From Auanema rhodensis (lineage: Eukaryota; Animalia; Nematoda): 64,000 nt of DNA. The stretch is from positions 24,118,001-24,182,000 of the forward strand of contig OZ059894.1 of the NCBI GenBank assembly GCA_964057225.1, read 5' to 3'. Made by a program: the position numbers and the translations under genes. This document shows positions 40,100 through 53,399 of this stretch, in pieces; position 1 is the first letter of the stretch, and the number at the start of each line of letters is the position of its first letter. The notes under the pieces were generated by a model. That model had not been told where the DNA came from. It ran no database searches and was given only the letters and a program-made list of their open reading frames with translations.

Positions 40100-42400
40100 A
40101 TTTATGCTAATTAAATGTACACGTGATGTGCACTTGGTATGTAATTCGCTTCACGTGAAAGATAAAGAGATGCGGTTTTCAAAATTAGATTCCCTATGTC
40201 CATATTAGTCTAAAAACAAATTTTTATTGATATTGGTGCATGGTAACCATGACTTTGAAATTTACGTGAACTTCAATTTATGCTAATTAAATGTACACGT
40301 GATGTGCACTTGGTATGTAACTCGCTTCACGTGAAAGATGAAGAGATGCGGTTTTCAAAATTAGATTCCCTATGTCCATATTAGTCTAAAAACAAATTTT
40401 TATTGATATTGGTTCATGGTAACCATGACTTTGAAATTTACGTGAACTTTAATTTATGCTAATTAAATGTACACGTGATGTGCACTTGGTATGTAACTCG
40501 CTTCACGTGAAAGATAAAGAGATGCGGTTTTCAAAATTAGATTCCCCATGTCCATATTAGTCTCAAAACAAATTTTTATTGATATTGGTTCATGGTAACC
40601 ATGACTTTGAAATTTACGTGAACTTTAATTTATGCTAATTAAATGTACACGTGATGTGCACTTGGTATGTAACTCGCTTCACGTGAAAGATAAAGAGATG
40701 CGGTTTTCAAAATTAGATTCCCCATGTCCATATTAGTCTAAAAACAAATTTTTATTAATATTGGTGCATGGTAACCATGACTTTGAAATTTACGTGAACT
40801 TTAATTTATGCTAATTAAATGTACACGTGATGTGCCCTCGGTATGTAACTCGCTTCACGTGAAAGATAAAGAGATGCGGTTTTCAAAATTAGATTCCCCA
40901 TGTCCATATTAGTCTAAAAACAAATTTTTATTGATATTGGTGCATGGTAACCATGACTTTGAAATTTACGTGAACTTTAATTTATGCTAATTAAATGTAC
41001 ACGTGATGTGCACTTGGTATGTAACTCGCTACACGTGAAAGATAAAAAGATGCGGTTTTCAAAATTAAATTTCCCATGTCCATATTAGTCTAAAAAAAAA
41101 TTTTTATTGATATTGGTGCATGGTAACCATGACTTTGAAATTTACGTGAACTTTAATTTATGCTAATTAAATGTACACGTGATGTGCACTTGGTATGTAA
41201 TTCGCTTCACGTGAAAGATAAAGAGATGCGGTTTTCAAAATTAGATTCCCCATGTCCATATTAGTCTAAAAACAAATTTTTATTGATATTGGTTCATGGT
41301 AACCATGACTTTGAAATTTACGTGAACTTTAATTTATGCTAATTAAATGTACACGTGATGTGCACTTGGTATGTAACTCGCTTCACGTGAAAGATGAAGA
41401 GATGCGGTTTTCAAAATTAGATTCCCTATGTCCATATTAGTCTAAAAAAAAATTTTTATTGATATTGGTGCATGGTAACCATGACTTTGAAATTTACGTG
41501 AACTTTAATTTATGCTAATTAAATGTACACGTGATGTGCACTTGGTATGTAATTCGCTTCACGTGAAAGATAAAGAGATGCGGTTTTCAAAATTAGATTC
41601 CCTATGTCCATATTAGTCTAAAAACAAATTTTTATTGATATTGGTTCATGGTAACCATGACTTTGAAATTTACGTGAACTTCAATTTATGCTTATTAAAT
41701 GTACACGTGATGTGCACTTGGTATGTAACTCGCTTCACGTGAAAGATGAAGAGATGCGGTTTTCAAAATTAGATTCCCTATGTCCATATTAGTCTAAAAA
41801 CAAATTTTTATTGATATTGGTTCATGGTAACCATGACTTTGAAATTTACGTGAACTTTAATTTATGCTAATTAAATGTACACGTGATGTGCACTTGGTAT
41901 GTAACTCGCTTCACGTGAAAGATAAAGAGATGCGGTTTTCAAAATTAGATTCCCCATGTCCATATTAGTCTCAAAACAAATTTTTATTGATATTGGTTCA
42001 TGGTAACCATGACTTTGAAATTTACGTGAACTTTAATTTATGCTAATTAAATGTACACGTGATGTGCACTTGGTATGTAACTCGCTTCACGTGAAAGATA
42101 AAGAGATGCGGTTTTCAAAATTAGATTCCCCATGTCCATATTAGTCTAAAAACAAATTTTTATTGATATTGGTGCATGGTAACCATGACTTTGAAATTTA
42201 CGTGAACTTTAATTTATGCTAATTAAATGTACACGTGATGTGCCCTCGGTATGTAACTCGCTTCACGTGAAAGATAAAGAGATGCGGTTTTCAAAATTAG
42301 ATTCCCCATGTCCATATTAGTCTAAAAACAAATTTTTATTGATATTGGTGCATGGTAACCATGACTTTGAAATTTACGTGAACTTTAATTTATGCTAATT
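40100..42400 (-). repeat. 8-monomer (1408 bp) offset duplication
   Basis: TCTCAAAA at 40564/41972; GCCCTCGG at 40836/42244. Confidence 0.8.
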
Positions 42401-43606
42401 AAATGTACACGTGATGTGCACTTGGTATGTAACTCGCTTCATGTGAAAGATAAAGAAATGCGGTTTTCAAAATTAGATTCCCCATGTCCATATTAGTCTA
42501 AAAACAAATTTTTATTGATATTGGTGCATGGTAACCATGACTTTGAAATTTACGTGAACTTTAATTTATGCTAATTAAATGTACACGTGATGTGCACTCG
42601 GTATGTAACTCGCTTCACGTGAAAGATAAAGAGATGCGGTTTTCAAAATTAAATTTCCCATGTCCATATTAGTCTAAAAACAAATTTTTGTTGATATTGG
42701 TGCATGGTAACCATGACTTTGAAATTTACGTGAACTTTAATTTATGCTAATTAAATGTACACGTGGTGTGCACTTGGTATGTAACTCGCTTCACGTGAAA
42801 GATAAAGAGATGCGGTTTTCAAAATTAGATTCCCCATGTCCATATTAGTCTAAAAACAAATTTTTATTGATATTGGTTCATGGTAACCATGACTTTGAAA
42901 TTTACGTGAACTTTAATTTATGCTAATTAAATGTACACGTGATGTGCACTTGGTATGTAACTCGCTTCACGTGAAAGATAAAGAGATGCGGTTTTCAAAA
43001 TTAGATTCCCCCTGTCCATATTAGTCTAAAAACAGATTTTTATTGATATTGGTTCATGGTAACCATGACTTTGAAATTTACGTGAACTTTAATTTATGCT
43101 AATTAAATGTACACGTGATGTGCACTTGGTATGTAACTCGCTTCACGTGAAAGATAAAGAGATGCGGTTTTCAAAATTAGATTCCCCATGTCCATATTAG
43201 TCTAAAAACAAATTTTTATTGATATTGGTTCATGGTAACCATGACTTTGAAATTTACGTGAACTTTAATTTATGCTAATTAAATGTACACGTGATGTGCA
43301 CTTGGTATGTAACTCGCTTCACGTGAAAGATAAAGAGATGCGGTTTTCAAAATTAGATTCCCCATGTCCATATTAGTCTAAAAACAAATTTTTATTGATA
43401 TTGGTGCATGGTAACCATGACTTTGAAATTTACGTGAACTTTAATTTATGCTAATTAAATGTACACGTGATGTGCACTTGGTATGTAACTCGCTTCACGT
43501 GAAAGATAAAGAGATGCGGTTTTCAAAATTAGATTCCCCATGTCCATATTAGTCTAAAAACAAATTTTTATTGATATTGGTTCATGGTAACCATGACTTT
43601 GAAATT

Positions 43607-43608
43607 TC
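43607..43608. other. 1-bp deletion (175-bp monomer)
   Basis: GAAATTTCGTGAAC vs consensus GAAATTTACGTGAAC; phase shifts by -1. Not a homopolymer length change. Confidence 0.9.
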
Positions 43609-44199
43609 GTGAACTTTAATTTATGCTAATTAAATGTACACGTGATGTGCACTTGGTATGTAACTCGCTTCACGTGAAAGATAAAGAGATGCGGTTTTCA
43701 AAATTAGATTCCCCATGTCCATATTAGTCTAAAAACAAATTTTTATTGATATTGGTGCATGGTAACCATGACTTTGAAATTTACGTGAACTTTAATTTAT
43801 GCTAATTAAATGTACACGTGATGTGCACTTGGTATGTAACTCGCTTCACGTGAAAGATAAAGAGATGCGGTTTTCAAAATTAGATTCCCCATGTCCATAT
43901 TAGTCTAAAAACAAATTTTTATTGATATTGGTTCATGGTAACCATGACTTTGAAATTTACGTGAACTTCAATTTATGCTAATTAAATGTACACGTGATGT
44001 GCACTTGGTATGTAACTCGCTTCACGTGAAAGATGAAGAGATGCGGTTTTCAAAATTAGATTCCCTATGTCCATATTAGTCTAAAAACAAATTTTTATTG
44101 ATATTGGTTCATGGTAACCATGACTTTGAAATTTACGTGAACTTTAATTTATGCTAATTAAATGTACACGTGATGTGCACTTGGTATGTAACTCGCTTC

Positions 44200-46000
44200 A
44201 CGTGAAAGATAAAGAGATGCGGTTTTCAAAATTAGATTCCCCATGTCCATATTAGTCTAAAAACAAATTTTTATTGATATTGGTTCATGGTAACCATGAC
44301 TTTGAAATTTACGTGAACTTTAATTTATGCTAATTAAATGTACACGTGATGTGCACTTGGTATGTAACTCGCTTCACGTGAAAGATAAAGAAATGCCGTT
44401 TTCAAAATTAGATTCCCCCTGTCCATATTAGTCTAAAAACAAATTTTTATTGATATTGGTGCATGGTAACCATGACTTTGAAATTTACGTGAACTTTAAT
44501 TTATGCTAATTAAATGTACACGTGATGTGCCCTTGGTATGTAACTCGCTTCACGTGAAAGATAAAGAGATGCGGTTTTCAAAATTAGATTCCCCATGTCC
44601 ATATTAGTCTAAAAACAAATTTTTATTGATATTGGTGCATGGTAACCATGACTTTGAAATTTACGTGAACTTTAATTTATGCTAATTAAATGTACACGTG
44701 ATGTGCACTTGGTATGTAACTCGCTTCACGTGAAAGATAAAGAGATGCGGTTTTCAAAATTAGATTCCCCATGTCCATATTAGTCTAAAAACAAATTTTT
44801 ATTGATATTGGTGCATGGTAACCATGACTTTGAAATTTACGTGAACTTTAATTTATGCTAATTAAATGTACACGTGATGTGCACTTGGTATGTAACTCGC
44901 TTCACGTGAAAGATAAAGAGATGCGGTTTTCAAAATTAAATTTCCCATGTCCATATTAGTCTAAAAACAAATTTTTATTGATATTGGTGCATGGTAACCA
45001 TGACTTTGAAATTTACGTGAACTTTAATTTATGCTAATTAAATGTACACGTGATGTGCACTTGGTATGTAACTCGCTTCACGTGAAAGATAAAGAGATGC
45101 GGTTTTCAAAATTAGATTCCCCATGTCCATATTAGTCTAAAAACAAATTTTTATTGATATTGGTTCATGGTAACCATGACTTTGAAATTTACGTGAACTT
45201 TAATTTATGCTAATTAAATGTACACGTGATGTGCACTTGGTATGTAACTCGCTTCACGTGAAAGATAAAGAAATGCCGTTTTCAAATTTAGATTCCCCCT
45301 GTCCATATTAGTCTAAAAACAAATTTTTATTGATATTGGTGCATGGTAACCATGACTTTGAAATTTACGTGAACTTTAATTTATGCTAATTAAATGTACA
45401 CGTGATGTGCCCTTGGTATGTAACTCGCTTCACGTGAAAGATAAAGAGATGCGGTTTTCAAAATTAGATTCCCCATGTCCATATTAGTCTAAAAACAAAT
45501 TTTTATTGATATTGGTGCATGGTAACCATGACTTTGAAATTTACGTGAACTTTAATTTATGCTAATTAAATGTACACGTGATGTGCACTTGGTATGTAAC
45601 TCGCTTCACGTGAAAGATAAAGAGATGCGGTTTTCAAAATTAGATTCCCCATGTCCATATTAGTCTAAAAACAAATTTTTATTGATATTGGTGCATGGTA
45701 ACCATGACTTTGAAATTTACGTGAACTTTAATTTATGCTAATTAAATGTACACGTGATGTGCACTTGGTATGTAACTCGCTTCACGTGAAAGATAAAGAG
45801 ATGCGGTTTTCAAAATTAAATTTCCCATGTCCATATTAGTCTAAAAACAAATTTTTATTGATATTGGTGCATGGTAACCATGACTTTGAAATTTACGTGA
45901 ACTTTAATTTATGCTAATTAAATGTACACGTGATGTGCACTTGGTATGTAACTCGCTTCACGTGAAAGATAAAGAGATGCGGTTTTCAAAATTAGATTCC
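44200..46000 (-). repeat. 5-monomer (880 bp) tandem higher-order duplication
   Basis: The AAATGCCG...CCCCCT monomer occurs at 44392/45272 and is followed by the same order of variants. Confidence 0.8.
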
Positions 46001-48500
46001 CCATGTCCATATTAGTCTAAAAACAAATTTTTATTGATATTGGTTCATGGTAACCATGACTTTGAAATTTACGTGAACTTTAATTTATGCTAATTAAATG
46101 TACATGTGATGTGCACTTGGTATGTAACTCGCTTCACGTTAAAGATAAAGAGATGCGTTTTTCAAAATTAGATTCCCCCTGTCCATATTAGTCTAGAAAC
46201 AAATTTTTATTGATATTGGTTCATGGTAACCATGACTTTGAAATTTACGTGAACTTTAATTTATGCTAATTAAATGTACACGTGATGTGCACTTGGTATG
46301 TAACTCGCTTCACGTGAAAGATAAAGAGATGCGGTTTTCAAAATTAAATTTCCCATGTCCATATTAGTCTAAAAACAAATTTTTATTGATATTGGTGCAT
46401 GGTAACCATGACTTTGAAATTTACGTGAACTTTAATTTATGCTAATTAAATGTACACGTGATGTGCACTTGGTATGTAACTCGCTTCACGTGAAAGATAA
46501 AGAGATGCGGTTTTCAAAATTAGATTCCCCATGTCCATATTAGTCTAAAAACAAATTTTTATTGATATTGGTTCATGGTAACCATGACTTTGAAATTTAC
46601 GTGAACTTTAATTTATGCTAATTAAATGTACACGTGATGTGCACTTGGTATGTAACTCGCTTCACGTTAAAGATAAAGAGATGCGTTTTTCAAAATTAGA
46701 TTCCCCCTGTCCATATTAGTCTAAAAACAAATTTTTATTGATATTGGTTCATGGTAACCATGACTTTGAAATTTACGTGAACTTTAATTTATGCTAATTA
46801 AATGTACACGTGATGTGCACTTGGTATGTAACTCGCTTCACGTGAAAGATAAAGAGATGCGGTTTTCAAAATTAGATTGCCCATGTCCATATTAGTCTAA
46901 AAACAAATTTTTATTGATATTGGTGCATGGTAACCATGACTTTGAAATTTACGTGAACTTTAATTTATGCTAATTAAATGTACACGTGATGTGCCCTTGG
47001 TATGTAACTCGCTTCACGTGAAAGATAAAGAGATGCGGTTTTCAAAATTAGATTCCCCATGTCCATATTAGTCTAAAAACAAATTTTTATTGATATTGGT
47101 GCATGGTAACCATGACTTTGAAATTTACGTGAACTTTAATTTATGCTAATTAAATGTACACGTGATGTGCACTTGGTATGTAACTCGCTTCACGTGAAAG
47201 ATAAAGAGATGCGGTTTTCAAAATTAGGTTCCCCATGTCCATATTAGTCTAAAAACAAATTTTTATTGATATTGGTTCATGGTAACCATGACTTTGAAAT
47301 TTACGTGAACTTTAATTTATGCTAATTAAATGTACACGTGATGTGCACTTGGTATGTAACTCGCTTCACGTTAAAGATAAAGAGATGCGTTTTTCAAAAT
47401 TAGATTCCCCCTGTCCATATTAGTCTAAAAACAAATTTTTATTGATATTGGTTCATGGTAACCATGACTTTGAAATTTACGTGAACTTTAATTTATGCTA
47501 ATTAAATGTACACGTGATGTGCACTTGGTATGTAACTCGCTTCACGTGAAAGATAAAGAGATGCGGTTTTCAAAATTAAATTTCCCATGTCCATATTAGT
47601 CTAAAAACAAATTTTTATTGATATTGGTGCATGGTAACCATGACTTTGAAATTTACGTGAACTTTAATTTATGCTAATTAAATGTACACGTGATGTGCAC
47701 TTGGTATGTAACTCGCTTCACGTGAAAGATAAAGAGATGCGGTTTTCAAAATTAGATTCCCCATGTCCATATTAGTCTAAAAACAAATTTTTATTGATAT
47801 TGGTTCATGGTAACCATGACTTTGAAATTTACGTGAACTTTAATTTATGCTAATTAAATGTACACGTGATGTGCACTTGGTATGTAACTCGCTTCACGTT
47901 AAAGATAAAGAGATGCGTTTTTCAAAATTAGATTCCCCCTGTCCATATTAGTCTAAAAACAAATTTTTATTGATATTGGTTCATGGTAACCATGACTTTG
48001 AAATTTACGTGAACTTTAATTTATGCTAATTAAATGTACACGTGATGTGCACTTGGTATGTAACTCGCTTCACGTGAAAGATAAAGAGATGCGGTTTTCA
48101 AAATTAGATTGCCCATGTCCATATTAGTCTAAAAACAAATTTTTATTGATATTGGTGCATGGTAACCATGACTTTGAAATTTACGTGAACTTTAATTTAT
48201 GCTAATTAAATGTACACGTGATGTGCCCTTGGTATGTAACTCGCTTCACGTGAAAGATAAAGAGATGCGGTTTTCAAAATTAGATTCCCCATGTCCATAT
48301 TAGTCTAAAAACAAATTTTTATTGATATTGGTGCATGGTAACCATGACTTTGAAATTTACGTGAACTTTAATTTATGCTAATTAAATGTACACGTGATGT
48401 GCACTTGGTATGTAACTCGCTTCACGTGAAAGATAAAGAGATGCGGTTTTCAAAATTAGATTCCCCATGTCCATATTAGTCTAAAAACAAATTTTTATTG
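46000..48500 (-). repeat. 7-monomer (1232 bp) tandem higher-order duplication with an internal 3-mer
   Basis: CACGTTAA...GCGTTTT...CCCCCT monomer at 46140, 46668, 47372, 47900; ATTGCCC at 46879, 48111 and again at 49343. Confidence 0.85.
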
Positions 48501-49699
48501 ATATTGGTTCATGGTAACCATGACTTTGAAATTTACATGAACTTTAATTTATGCTAATTAAATGTACAAGTGATGTGCACTTGGTATGTAACTCGCTTCA
48601 CGTGAAAGATAAAGAGATGCGGTTTTCAAAATTAGATTCCCCATGTCCATATTAGTCTAAAAACAAATTTTTATTGATATTGGTGCATGGTAACCATGAC
48701 TTTGAAATTTACGTGAACTTTAATTTATGCTAATTAAATGTACACGTGATGTGCCCTTGGTATGTAACTCGCTTCACGTGAAAGATAAAGAGATGCGGTT
48801 TTCAAAATTAGATTCCCCATGTCCATATTAGTCTAAAAACAAATTTTTATTGATATTGGTGCATGGTAACCATGACTTTGAAATTTACGTGAACTTTAAT
48901 TTATGCTAATTAAATGTACACGTGATGTGCACTTGGTATGTAACTCGCTTCACGTGAAAGATAAAGAGATGCGGTTTTCAAAATTAGATTCCCCATGTCC
49001 ATATTAGTCTACAAACAAATTTTTATTGATATTGGTGCATGGTAACCATGACTTTGAAATTTACGTGAACTTTAATTTATGCTAATTAAATGTACACGTG
49101 ATGTGCACTTGGTATGTAACTCGCTTCACGTGAAAGATAAAGAGATGCGGTTTTCAAAATTAGATTCCCTATGTCCATATTAGTCTAAAAACAAATTTTT
49201 ATTGATATTGGTTCATGGTAACCATGACTTTGAAATTTACGTGAACTTTAATTTATGCTAATTAAATGTACACGTGATGTGCACTTGGTATGTAACTCGC
49301 TTCACGTGAAAGATAAAGAGATGCGGTTTTCAAAATTAGATTGCCCATGTCCATATTAGTCTAAAAACAAATTTTTATTGATATTGGTGCATGGTAACCA
49401 TGACTTTGAAATTTACGTGAACTTTAATTTATGCTAATTAAATGTACACGTGATGTGCCCTTGGTATGTAACTCGCTTCACGTGAAAGATAAAGAGATGC
49501 GGTTTTCAAAATTAGATTCCCCATGTCCATATTAGTCTAAAAACAAATTTTTATTGATATTGGTGCATGGTAACCATGACTTTGAAATTTACGTGAACTT
49601 TAATTTATGCTAATTAAATGTACACGTGATGTGCACTTGGTATGTAACTCGCTTCACGTGAAAGATAAAGAGATGCGGTTTTCAAAATTAGATTCCCCA

Positions 49700-52600
49700 T
49701 GTCCATATTAGTCTAAAAACAAATTTTTATTGATATTGGTTCATGGTAACCATGACTTTGAAATTTACGTGAACTTTAATTTATGCTAATTAAATGTACA
49801 CGTGATGTGCACTTGGTATGTAACTCGCTTCACGTGAAAGATAAAGAGATGCGGTTTTCAAAATTAGATTCCCCATGTCCATATTAGTCTAAAAACAAAT
49901 TTTTATTGATATTGGTGCATGGTAACCATGACTTTGAAATTTACGTGAACTTTAATTTATGCTAATTAAATGTACACGTGATGTGCCCTTGGTATGTAAC
50001 TTGCTTCACGTGAAAGATAAAGAGATGCGGTTTTCAAAATTAGATTCCCCATGTCCATATTAGTCTAAAAACAAATTTTTATTGATATTGGTGCATGGTA
50101 ACCATGACTTTGAAATTTACGTGAACTTTAATTTATGCTAATTAAATGTACACGTGATGTGCACTTGGTATGTAACTCGCTTCACGTGGAAGATAAAGAG
50201 ATGCGGTTTTCAAAATTAGATTCCCCATGTCCATATTAGTCTAAAAACAAATTTTTATTGATATTGGTGCATGGTAACCATGACTTTGAAATTTACGTGA
50301 ACTTTAATTTATGCTAATTAAATGTACACGTGATGTGCACTTGGTATGTAACTCGCTTCACGTGAAAGATAAAGAGATGCGGTTTTCAAAATTAAATTTC
50401 CCATGTCCATATTAGTCTAAAAACAAATTTTTATTGATATTGGTGCATGGTAACCATGACTTTGAAATTTACGTGAACTTTAATTTATGCTAATTAAATG
50501 TACACGTGATGTGCACTTGGTATGTAACTCGCTTCACGTGAAAGATAAAGAGATGCGGTTTTCAAAATTAGATTCCACATGTCCATATTAGTCTAAAAAC
50601 AAATTTTTATTGATATTGGTTCATGGTAACCATGACTTTGAAATTTACGTGAACTTTAATTTATGCTAATTAAATGTACACGTGATGTGCACTTGGTATG
50701 TAACTCGCTTCACGTGAAAGATAAAGAGATGCGGTTTTCAAAATTAGATTCCCCATGTCCATATTAGTCTAAAAACAAATTTTTATTGATATTGGTTCAT
50801 GGTAACCATGACTTTGAAATTTACGTGAACTTTAATTTATGCTAATTAAATGTACACGTGATGTGCCCTTGGTATGTAACTCGCTTCACGTGAAAGATAA
50901 AGAGATGCGGTTTTCAAAATTAGATTCCCCATGTCCATATTAGTCTAAAAACAAATTTTTATTGATATTGGTGCATGGTAACCATGACTTTGAAATTTAC
51001 GTGAACTTTAATTTATGCTAATTAAATGTACACGTGATGTGCACTTGGTATGTAACTCGCTTCACGTTAAAGATAAAGAGATGCGGTTTTCAAAATTACA
51101 TTCCCTATGTCCATATTAGTCTAAAAACAAATTTTTATTGATATTGGTTCATGGTAACCATGACTTTGAAATTTACGTGAACTTTAATTTATGCTAATTA
51201 AATGTACACGTGATGTGCACTTGGTATGTAACTCGCTTCACGTGAAAGATAAAGAGATGCGGTTTTCAAAATTAGATTCCCCATGTCCATATTAGTCTAA
51301 AAACAAATTTTTATTGATATTGGTTCATGGTAACCATGACTTTGAAATTTACGTGAACTTTAATTTATGCTAATTAAATGTACACGTGATGTGCACTTGG
51401 TATGTAACTCGCTTCACGTGAAAGATAAAGAGATGCGGTTTTCAAAATTAGATTCCCCATGTCCATATTAGTCTAAAAACAAATTTTTATTGATATTGGT
51501 TCATGGTAACCATGACTTTGAAATTTACGTGAACTTTAATTTATGCTAATTAAATGTACACGTGATGTGCACTTGGTATGTAACTCGCTTCACGTGAAAG
51601 ATAAAGAGATGCGGTTTTCAAAATTAGATTCCCCATGTCCATATTAGTCTAAAAACAAATTTTTATTGATATTGGTGCATGGTAACCATGACTTTGAAAT
51701 TTACGTGAACTTTAATTTATGCTAATTAAATGTACACGTGATGTGCCCTTGGTATGTAACTCGCTTCACGTGAAAGATAAAGAGATGCGGTTTTCAAAAT
51801 TAGATTCCCCATGTCCATATTAGTCTAAAAACAAATTTTTATTGATATTGGTGCATGGTAACCATGACTTTGAAATTTACGTGAACTTTAATTTATGCTA
51901 ATTAAATGTACACGTGATGTGCACTTGGTATGTAACTCGCTTCACGTGGAAGATAAAGAGATGCGGTTTTCAAAATTAGATTCCCCATGTCCATATTAGT
52001 CTAAAAACAAATTTTTATTGATATTGGTGCATGGTAACCATGACTTTGAAATTTACGTGAACTTTAATTTATGCTAATTAAATGTACACGTGATGTGCAC
52101 TTGGTATGTAACTCGCTTCACGTGAAAGATAAAGAGATGCGGTTTTCAAAATTAAATTTCCCATGTCCATATTAGTCTAAAAACAAATTTTTATTGATAT
52201 TGGTGCATGGTAACCATGACTTTGAAATTTACGTGAACTTTAATTTATGCTAATTAAATGTACACGTGATGTGCACTTGGTATGTAACTCGCTTCACGTG
52301 AAAGATAAAGAGATGCGGTTTTCAAAATTAGATTCCACATGTCCATATTAGTCTAAAAACAAATTTTTATTGATATTGGTTCATGGTAACCATGACTTTG
52401 AAATTTACGTGAACTTTAATTTATGCTAATTAAATGTACACGTGATGTGCACTTGGTATGTAACTCGCTTCACGTGAAAGATAAAGAGATGCGGTTTTCA
52501 AAATTAGATTCCCCATGTCCATATTAGTCTAAAAACAAATTTTTATTGATATTGGTGCATGGTAACCATGACTTTGAAATTTACGTGAACTTTAATTTAT

Positions 52601-52800
52601 GCTAATTAAATGTACACGTGATGTGCCCTTGGTATGTAACTCGCTTCACGTGAAAGATAAAGAGATGCGGTTTTCAAAATTAGATTCCCCATGTCCATAT
52701 TAGTCTAAAAACAAATTTTTATTGATATTGGTGCATGGTAACCATGACTTTGAAATTTACGTGAACTTTAATTTATGCTAATTAAATGTACACGTGATGT
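49700..52800 (-). repeat. 10-monomer (1760 bp) offset duplication
   Basis: CGTGGAAG at 50189/51949; TTCCACAT at 50577/52337. Confidence 0.82.
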
Positions 52801-53399
52801 GCACTTGGTATGTAACTCGCTTCACGTGAAAGATAAAGAGATGCGGTTTTCAAAATTAGATTCCCCATGTCCATATTAGTCTAAAAACAAATTTTTATTG
52901 ATATTGGTGCATGGTAACCATGACTTTGAAATTTACGTGAACTTTAATTTATGCTAATTAAATGTACACGTGATGTGCACTTGGTATGTAACTCGCTTCA
53001 CGTGAAAGATAAAGAGATGCGGTTTTCAAAATTAAATTTCCCATGTCCATATTAGTCTAAAAACAAATTTTTATTGATATTGGTGCATGGTAACCATGAC
53101 TTTGAAATTTACGTGAACTTTAATTTATGCTAATTAAATGTACACGTGATGTGCACTTGGTATGTAACTCGCTTCACGTGAAAGATAAAGAGATGCGGTT
53201 TTCAAAATTAGATTCCCCATGTCCATATTAGTCTAAAAACAAATTTTTATTGATATTGGTTCATGGTAACCATGACTTTGAAATTTACGTGAACTTTAAT
53301 TTATGCTAATTAAATGTACACGTGATGTGCACTTGGTATGTAACTCGCTTCACGTGAAAGATAAAGAGATGCGGTTTTCAAAATTAGATTCCCCATGTC

